Shown: positions 43,470 through 49,644 of the stretch, piece after piece
Layout of the letters: every line of letters starts with the position of its first letter
Numbering within the stretch: position 1 is the stretch's first letter
DNA from: a virus
Lineage: Duplodnaviria > Caudoviricetes
DNA: 49,644 nt
IMG/VR virus record: IMGVR_UViG_3300017985_000026
Coordinates: 1 to 49,644 of that record
Reading direction: 5' to 3' (one strand)
Made by a program: the position numbers and the translations under genes
Notes under the pieces: generated by a model
Database searches by the model: none
Told to the model about the DNA's origin: nothing
The model's input: the letters and a program-made list of their open reading frames with translations, nothing else

Positions 43470-44213
43470 TTATTTATAACTATAAGCTCTCATGTGTTTG
43501 ATAAAATCTTCCTTAGTCCAGTCTGTTCTTGTCATTTTTCCAAAAGGAATGTGACCAACAGCTAATTTAGGATTGTGTAAGGCATAAGGCATTTTATCTT
43601 TCATCTTTTTATATGTTACCCGAGCTTTTTCCCACCAGGCTTTTTCTTGCTCATCTGTCACATCATCACCTAACCAAATAAAGAAATCTGATCTAGCCCA
43701 ATACTGTGGCACAATTTGATTTGCTGGGATATGTACATCCTGACTCCCTACAATTTCTGCAAAATGCTTTCCTACATGAGTATAACCCATATAAAGATGT
43801 CCAAACTTTCTTTTAATTGTAAATCTTTCATAAGCATGTTCTGGGAGACGATATGTTGTTTGTCCATTAATGTACCCCCATCTGGCAGGTTGTCCTGTTC
43901 TTGCAAGTTCTAGTTTATGAATTGTATCATTCATTTTAGACAATTTTTTCTTACGTTCACCTTCCGCTTGATCATGCCACTGAACAAAGTTTGCATGTAG
44001 ATGATTCATAAGTCCTTCATCTAATGTCATGTTAGTCTGTATGTCTAATTCTAAACGAAGCGAATCAATTTCTTCTTTTAGAGCGATTGGATCTAAATCA
44101 AACCAAAAGATTTCATTTTCTGGTTTAATATCTTTTTCTACAAAGGCACCATGCCTAAGTGAAAATTCATCATCGTAGATATCAAAATCTACTTCATTAA
44201 AAGTTAATTTCAT
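43470..44213 (-). CDS. Hypothetical protein
   Basis: Likely start MKLTFNE; LYMGYTHVGKH motif. Confidence 0.65.
   Translation of the reverse strand: MKLTFNEVDFDIYDDEFSLRHGAFVEKDIKPENEIFWFDLDPIALKEEIDSLRLELDIQTNMTLDEGLMNHLHANFVQWHDQAEGERKKKLSKMNDTIHKLELARTGQPARWGYINGQTTYRLPEHAYERFTIKRKFGHLYMGYTHVGKHFAEIVGSQDVHIPANQIVPQYWARSDFFIWLGDDVTDEQEKAWWEKARVTYKKMKDKMPYALHNPKLAVGHIPFGKMTRTDWTKEDFIKHMRAYSYK
43471..43478 (-). promoter_or_regulatory. T4-type late promoter TATAAATA
   Basis: Exact match 27 nt upstream of the ATG at 43444, followed by AGGAGG SD. Confidence 0.8.
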
Positions 44214-45573
44214 CGTACTTTCCAGCTCCAAATCTGCCTTTATCAAATACAGGTCCTTGATCCTCTTCATCACCTGTATCCTGTAATCCCGCCTGTGGAT
44301 CTTCTATATCATAGAGCTTCATTCTAGCTCTATCTACTCCAACCATAAAGCGTTTGTTTCTTGTAGGATCACTGTAACGGTTCTTTAATTGTTTTACCAT
44401 TACCTGTCCAAGTTTTTCTATGTCCTCAGTACTTATAAGAGCAAACATCAAGTCTGCTGTAGCAGGCAAACCAAACGACTCCGAAGTATCTGTAAGTTCT
44501 ACATCGCTGCTGTTGTAACCACCTCTTGTTGTTTGTGTAGCTGTAACAAGAGGTACATCAAACTCTACAGCGAGGCCTCTAAGTTCTTCTGCGATTGCCT
44601 TAATAATTGTGTAACTATTCGCTGACGTACCTGCCCTATACCTACTAGAGCTGCAAATGTTAAGATAGTCCACAAAAATAATATCCGGGCTAAAATTTCT
44701 CTTGAGTCTAAGTTCATTTAACAGAGCCTTAAAGTGTCCAGCATTAGCAGACGCTGTCGGATATTCCTTGATGATAAGTCTGCCGTTAATTTTTTCGTTT
44801 AGTTTTTTAATCCTATCATCAAACATTGTCTTAGGAAGTTCCTTCAACTGCTGTATTGGAATGTTCATAAGATTAGCATCAATACGTTCAGCAATTCTTT
44901 CTTCAGACATCTCTAATGTTATGTATAAGACATTTTTACCTTGTGAGATACAATTACCTGCCATGTGACACATAAACAAAGACTTACCAACACCTGTACC
45001 TGCAAGAGCTACATTAAGTGTTTTGTTTACTAGTCCGCCTTCTGTAATCTCATTAAACATTTCTAGATCAAAAGGAAGTTTTTCTTCTAGTCGATGGTAA
45101 AACTCAAATCGAGATTCAGCATCATCAATATAGTCGTGTCCTATGTTAGTGTCGAACCCAACCGCAAGAGCATCGGATAAGATAGAAGGAAGCGCAGATG
45201 TAGGTTTGTCTTTGTCCTTGCCATCAATAATACTAATGCTTTCCATAACAGCAAGATAAAGAGCTTTATCTTTACAAAACTTTTCTGTCTCATTAAGTAA
45301 CCATTCTCTGTTTGTGTCTTCTGTATTTAAATTTTTAAGTACACCTTCTATCTCAGCTAGTTCTGCCTCGCTTACTTTCCTGTCTTCCTGTACAGCAATA
45401 ACCAAAGCATTTGTATCGGGAGTAGAATTGTATTTAACAACGTGTTGTTCAATTTTTTCAAAAAGGATTTTTTCACCAGGATTAAAGAAGTATTCTGCCT
45501 TAAGAAAAGGAATAACTTTTCTTGTATACTCCTCGTCCTTACAAAGTTCTGCCAAAATAATTCTTTCAATCAT
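44197..45573 (-). CDS. 41: T4 gp41-like replicative DNA helicase
   Basis: AGTGVGKS, ITLEMSEE, IKEYPT, VDYLNIC, SESFGLP, KQLKNRY. Confidence 0.97.
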   Translation of the reverse strand: MIERIILAELCKDEEYTRKVIPFLKAEYFFNPGEKILFEKIEQHVVKYNSTPDTNALVIAVQEDRKVSEAELAEIEGVLKNLNTEDTNREWLLNETEKFCKDKALYLAVMESISIIDGKDKDKPTSALPSILSDALAVGFDTNIGHDYIDDAESRFEFYHRLEEKLPFDLEMFNEITEGGLVNKTLNVALAGTGVGKSLFMCHMAGNCISQGKNVLYITLEMSEERIAERIDANLMNIPIQQLKELPKTMFDDRIKKLNEKINGRLIIKEYPTASANAGHFKALLNELRLKRNFSPDIIFVDYLNICSSSRYRAGTSANSYTIIKAIAEELRGLAVEFDVPLVTATQTTRGGYNSSDVELTDTSESFGLPATADLMFALISTEDIEKLGQVMVKQLKNRYSDPTRNKRFMVGVDRARMKLYDIEDPQAGLQDTGDEEDQGPVFDKGRFGAGKYDEINF

Positions 45574-45779
45574 TATAATAAATCCTTAGTATATTCTCCA
45601 TAAATTTCACTGATACAATTTTCACACAAATACAGTTCTTCTGTATCTGTGTGGAAACAAATTGCTTTATCGCCTTGCCAAATAGTTAATTGGCATCGGT
45701 CACATGCGCCTTCAGGCTTCTTCGTATGCTTTTTCGATGTCTTCTTCAGAAACTTCATCTCTAAAAATACCTGCCTCAC
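45573..45779 (-). CDS. Small zinc-finger-like protein
   Basis: CDRC...CENC; start uncertain, overlaps the end of uvsX. Confidence 0.55.
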   Translation of the reverse strand: MRQVFLEMKFLKKTSKKHTKKPEGACDRCQLTIWQGDKAICFHTDTEELYLCENCISEIYGEYTKDLL

Positions 45780-46785
45780 TAGAAATTAAATACCTATTTT
45801 CAATCCATTTGCTAAATGAGTCGTCTTTCAAAATAGGCAACCAAAAATCTTTGGTGTAAGTGTCACTGGCTCTAACTTTAGGATCAACTGCTTCACCTGT
45901 AGACATATCTACTCTCTGATACCAACCATTAGAAGGCTTAATTACATGTCCGGACTCTAGTGCAATGTCTAACAAACCAGACCACTTACTAATGCCTCCC
46001 TCAAAGGAAACTTCTACAGGGATCTTAGACTTCTCTCTCACATAACGAGACTTTTCAACATTAATAATAAAGTTATATCCTGTTAGATCCTTACCTGTCT
46101 TTTCTTGTTGCCTACCAATAATGTAAATGTTGTCGGCGCTGTAGTAAATGCCTGTACCACCAGACACAACATCTTTCGGAAATAAACCAATCTCTTTATA
46201 TGTATGGTTAACAACAACTGCAGGAATGTCTTTAATAGTTAAGTGAGGCGTAATCATTCTAAACAACGACTTCAATCCTTTAGCCCTTGTCATGTCTGCT
46301 ACACTCTTACCTTCAAGAGCATCCTCTACTTCTTTCTTACTCGCCAAGTTACCTACAGAGTCTACAATAACCATAACATGATCGCCTCTCTCAATGCCGT
46401 TAAGCTGAGACATGGAATCATGTTTTAACTGTTCAATATCTGTAATGGGCGTGTGTATAACCCTATCTGTATCAATACCAAAACTATTAAAATAGCTCTG
46501 AGGAGCACCAAACTCCGAGTCATAAAACAAAATGACACCATCATCATATTTGTCTAGATATGCCTTTGCCAACATCATAGCAAAAGCAGTTTTAAAGTGC
46601 TTACTAGGACCTGCAAAAACAGTTAGTCCAGGTGTAAGTCCTCCATCAAGTCTACCACTCAACGCAACGTTAAGTGCAGGAACAGGTGTCTGAATCAAGT
46701 CTTTAGATGTAAAGAACTTAGACTGTGTCAGGATCTCCGATTCCTTAATTGTAGAATTCTTTTTTAGTTTATCAATCAAACTCAT
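45712..46785 (-). CDS. uvsX: UvsX RecA-like recombinase
   Basis: AGPSKHFKT, FYDSEFG, DSVGNLASKKE, VSGGTG. Confidence 0.96.
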   Translation of the reverse strand: MSLIDKLKKNSTIKESEILTQSKFFTSKDLIQTPVPALNVALSGRLDGGLTPGLTVFAGPSKHFKTAFAMMLAKAYLDKYDDGVILFYDSEFGAPQSYFNSFGIDTDRVIHTPITDIEQLKHDSMSQLNGIERGDHVMVIVDSVGNLASKKEVEDALEGKSVADMTRAKGLKSLFRMITPHLTIKDIPAVVVNHTYKEIGLFPKDVVSGGTGIYYSADNIYIIGRQQEKTGKDLTGYNFIINVEKSRYVREKSKIPVEVSFEGGISKWSGLLDIALESGHVIKPSNGWYQRVDMSTGEAVDPKVRASDTYTKDFWLPILKDDSFSKWIENRYLISSEAGIFRDEVSEEDIEKAYEEA

Positions 46786-46796
46786 AATATTTCTCC

Positions 46797-47582
46797 TTAC
46801 TGGAAATGTGCATGGGCCGCGTCTAACATGGTTCCAATTTCTCTTATTTTACGAATCATATTAGCCTTAACAGCATCTTCCATTATATTGTAATCATTAT
46901 AACATAGAGTACTCATGTGTGTCAAGTCTTTTGGCAAACATTTTCCTCCGAAACCTACTTTGCCGTCTGGACCAGGTACCTGCCAATGTGTACCTCCAAT
47001 TACTTTGTCGCGACTAAGCATTCCTTGCAACACATCATAACCAACATCTAATCTGTCACAAATTTCTTTAAACTCGTTTGCTAATGCTACTCTCATAGCT
47101 AAAGCAGTATTACGAGCCATTTTAAACATGGAAGCCTGTTTGGCACTCACAAAAAATGTAGCACCTTTTCCTAACGTACAAGTTTTCATGTATAGTGGCT
47201 CACACCAAACATGTTCTCCGCCAAGAATGATAGGTATATCTTTATCGTCTACGTCTTCCTTCCAATGTTTCTCTCTTAAAAACTCCGGCATAATAATTGC
47301 TTCTGGAAATTGTTCTACTTGATCAGGACCAATAGTACTTCTAACGACAGTACGCCCTTTATCTTTCCATTCTTCATATACTGTTTTAAGAGTTTCAATA
47401 TTTAATTTTTTAGTTCCACTATCTAAATCAGTTGGTACGCACAAAAATATATAATCATACACTTGGTGTTTATTATTATACCCCTGTGCTGGATCATGGA
47501 TATCTAGTTCAACATTAGAGTCTTTAAAAAGATACTCTGTTGCCTTACCTACAAATCCATATCCTACAATTAATAATCTCAT
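46797..47582 (-). CDS. ugd: UDP-glucose/GDP-mannose 6-dehydrogenase, short form
   Basis: GYGFVG, CVPT, RST, PEFLRE, GFGGKCLPKD. Confidence 0.88.
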   Translation of the reverse strand: MRLLIVGYGFVGKATEYLFKDSNVELDIHDPAQGYNNKHQVYDYIFLCVPTDLDSGTKKLNIETLKTVYEEWKDKGRTVVRSTIGPDQVEQFPEAIIMPEFLREKHWKEDVDDKDIPIILGGEHVWCEPLYMKTCTLGKGATFFVSAKQASMFKMARNTALAMRVALANEFKEICDRLDVGYDVLQGMLSRDKVIGGTHWQVPGPDGKVGFGGKCLPKDLTHMSTLCYNDYNIMEDAVKANMIRKIREIGTMLDAAHAHFQ

Positions 47583-48101
47583 TTATTTTTTCCTGTATAT
47601 TGGCATGTTAACTGTATGCCTGTCTTTATCGCCTGTCCAAAATCTATGATAAGTTGGGTTATCGGAGGTATCGTTATACCAAGCCAAAAGACGATTATGT
47701 TTATATGGAATGGTTTTAGTCCATCCATCTTTATTTTTCATCTCATATTGACCGCATTTCACATCTCCTAAGTATAATATAATTTGGTATCGTTTGTCAA
47801 GCCCATCTGTGTGCCAATCTCTGATTAATTCTATTTCTGTTGATGCAACATGTACGTTTAAATTCCATTCATCAGAATAAACGTTTACCAAATCCTTATT
47901 AAATATACCTGACAACAAAACATTCATCTTGTACAGGCTGTTCATATTCTGATTCTTTAGTTCATCCCAGAGCTCTGTTTTTTCAAGAAATGTATCTGAG
48001 AGTTCTTTGGCAATGTCATCAGGCAAACAGTTATCAATTACAATGTGCGGCCAAGGACTTTCAAAGTAAGTGTATTTGTTTTGAAAAAGAAATAAATTCA
48101 T
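47583..48101 (-). CDS. 2OG-Fe(II) oxygenase-like protein
   Basis: PWPHIVIDNCLP, WHTD, ILYL, TYH..R. Confidence 0.75.
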   Translation of the reverse strand: MNLFLFQNKYTYFESPWPHIVIDNCLPDDIAKELSDTFLEKTELWDELKNQNMNSLYKMNVLLSGIFNKDLVNVYSDEWNLNVHVASTEIELIRDWHTDGLDKRYQIILYLGDVKCGQYEMKNKDGWTKTIPYKHNRLLAWYNDTSDNPTYHRFWTGDKDRHTVNMPIYRKK

Positions 48102-48325
48102 AATTTTAATGCTACTACAAACAATATAAACAACAAAAGAAGATTAGTAAAAAACAATTCTATTGCAAGTATTGTATGGTACCAAACCCAACGTGCTTGA
48201 TAAACTTTATTTACTTCACCTTCTTGTGGAAGTTTTTCTACTATCGCCTTATCGAGAGGATTTTCTTCCACCGGACGCTCAAACCACGCAACAATGCGTG
48301 CTACTAATTTATCCCACCAACTCAT
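48098..48325 (-). CDS. Small membrane protein
   Basis: Likely start MSWWDK; C-terminal TM after YQARWVWYHT. Confidence 0.6.
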   Translation of the reverse strand: MSWWDKLVARIVAWFERPVEENPLDKAIVEKLPQEGEVNKVYQARWVWYHTILAIELFFTNLLLLFILFVVALKL

Positions 48326-49644
48326 GAGAACAGATCTTCTAATGTTGCTTGAGGCTCCGTATTCCAACCTAGCGATTTAACGATAGTATCCATAGGCTCT
48401 AAAAATGCTTTCTGAAACATTGTGTCATAATCTATGTATTTGTGTACGCCAAACTCTTTCGGCAAAGTTCCAATAAATGCCATACAGTTCTCCTTAACTA
48501 CATTGGGCTCCTTGAGATACAAAAATTTAATCTTATCGCCCTCTTTAATGTCCTCATACTTATGTCCAACTTTGTTCTCTTTCAAATAATAATTGTACAG
48601 TAAACTACCTCGAACATGAATAGGTGTTCCTTTTTCATAAATGTGAGAAGCACTTCTATACTTTGCTAAGTTATTACAACCACGAGGGAAGGCAATCTCT
48701 TCAGGGCTCTTGTTGTTAAACTCCGCCTTTGTGTCATCTACAAACTTGTGCAAAGCATTTTCATCTTGTGTAAGACAGATACGAACTGCTTCTTTTAGAC
48801 TGTCTCGAACACAACCAGGAGTAGAGGAACGAACAATTTCTAAACCCATAACCTTTAGTTTAGGTTCCTTATAACGAACACCTTCGTTGTCGTAAACATT
48901 CATAGCGTATCGTTTTTTAGCAACCCAGATACAATTATCGGCGATTGCCTCACGCTTAAAGAACAATTTATGTTCAAAAGCATTTGTGTAGTTAGCTAGA
49001 TTACGCATTGCCTTATCAATACAAGGCTCTATCTGCTCACTACCAATCTTATCTAAAATGTCAATAATTTTTTCTTTAGGCTTGTCTGCAAAAAACTTAT
49101 CTACAAGAGGCTTTAGAGTAATGTAACATGAGTCTGTGTCAGAATAAAAACTGTACATTTTATTTTCAGTATCACACACCTTGTTTATAAACTTATCAAG
49201 TGCAGTAGCAGTTTGCCTAATAATATATTGTCCAGTCAGGGTAATGCCTTCTGCAATTCGATCGTCATAATAACGAAAGTATTCGTTAGCCATTGCACCA
49301 TATAAACTGTTTAGTTGAATCTTACGAGCCATCTGGAAGTTATTAAATTTAGATATATCCTTCTGATACTTCTTGTCTCCAGTTTCCTCATATTTGTTCT
49401 GAGCGTCAATCATTAGACGCTTATACTTTTGTCTGTCATCAAAAAACTTACTAACAATTTCAGGAAAGTAACCCATTCGTGTTCGTGTAAAACAATAACC
49501 ATTCGCAGTCATTGCATAGTCATCTTTCTTCAAATCAGATAGATCGTTTTTTCCATCTAACAAACTATCAACAGTTACATCATAAGTATTACCTGGCACA
49601 AGAGTTTCAGGAGACATATTGTACTGCATAATAATAGAAGGATA
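48322..49644 (-). CDS. 43: T4 gp43-like family B DNA polymerase, C-terminal part (continues beyond the window)
   Basis: KIQLNSLYG, YSDTDS, KKRYA, GLEIVRSSTP. Confidence 0.98.
   Translation of the reverse strand, partial: YPSIIMQYNMSPETLVPGNTYDVTVDSLLDGKNDLSDLKKDDYAMTANGYCFTRTRMGYFPEIVSKFFDDRQKYKRLMIDAQNKYEETGDKKYQKDISKFNNFQMARKIQLNSLYGAMANEYFRYYDDRIAEGITLTGQYIIRQTATALDKFINKVCDTENKMYSFYSDTDSCYITLKPLVDKFFADKPKEKIIDILDKIGSEQIEPCIDKAMRNLANYTNAFEHKLFFKREAIADNCIWVAKKRYAMNVYDNEGVRYKEPKLKVMGLEIVRSSTPGCVRDSLKEAVRICLTQDENALHKFVDDTKAEFNNKSPEEIAFPRGCNNLAKYRSASHIYEKGTPIHVRGSLLYNYYLKENKVGHKYEDIKEGDKIKFLYLKEPNVVKENCMAFIGTLPKEFGVHKYIDYDTMFQKAFLEPMDTIVKSLGWNTEPQATLEDLFS

Noticed and set aside
5183-47322. Many short plus-strand ORFs in the track (e.g. 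5472-5816, 21748-22092, 28839-29159, 39632-39985)
   Set aside because: They lie antisense to well-supported minus-strand genes, lack RBS or motifs, and look like shadow ORFs
1-49644. CRISPR array, integrase, transposon, intron or intein
   Set aside because: No regularly spaced repeats or recombinase motifs seen; nrdA, nrdB, thyX, gp41 and the visible part of gp43 appear uninterrupted and of normal length
1-49644. Alternative genetic code or stop-codon reassignment
   Set aside because: Core genes translate full length with the standard code, all three stop codons end genes, and the only tRNA is an ordinary Thr(TGT)

Overview
A 49.6 kb, AT-rich, densely coded segment of a T4-like myophage with a Gram-negative host (spanin pair present), probably aquatic and non-enteric (inference). 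Almost all genes are on the minus strand, apart from one plus-strand block at 1544-5226. Core T4-type genes are gp43 DNA polymerase (partial), UvsX, gp41 helicase, gp61 primase, ThyX, class Ia NrdA/NrdB, dCMP deaminase, RNase H and a MazG-like enzyme. They are interleaved with many modifying enzymes: glycosyltransferases, four sulfotransferase-like proteins, about five 2OG-Fe(II)/cupin-like oxygenases, two radical SAM enzymes, a methyltransferase, a QueC-like protein, a desaturase and UDP-glucose dehydrogenase. The window also has one tRNA-Thr(TGT), nine near-consensus sigma70 promoters and several TATAAATA late promoters. The most notable candidate systems are: (1) a late cluster at 20.8-31.3 kb whose proteins carry T4 internal-protein-like capsid-targeting and gp21-cleavage motifs, including an unannotated ATP-dependent ligase-fold protein, a HIGH nucleotidyltransferase and a P-loop kinase polyprotein; (2) a minimal PAPS-synthesis module that could feed the dispersed sulfotransferases; (3) a tandem-pseudoknot RNA directly upstream of the tRNA. 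All family calls come from reading motifs by eye, not from database searches.
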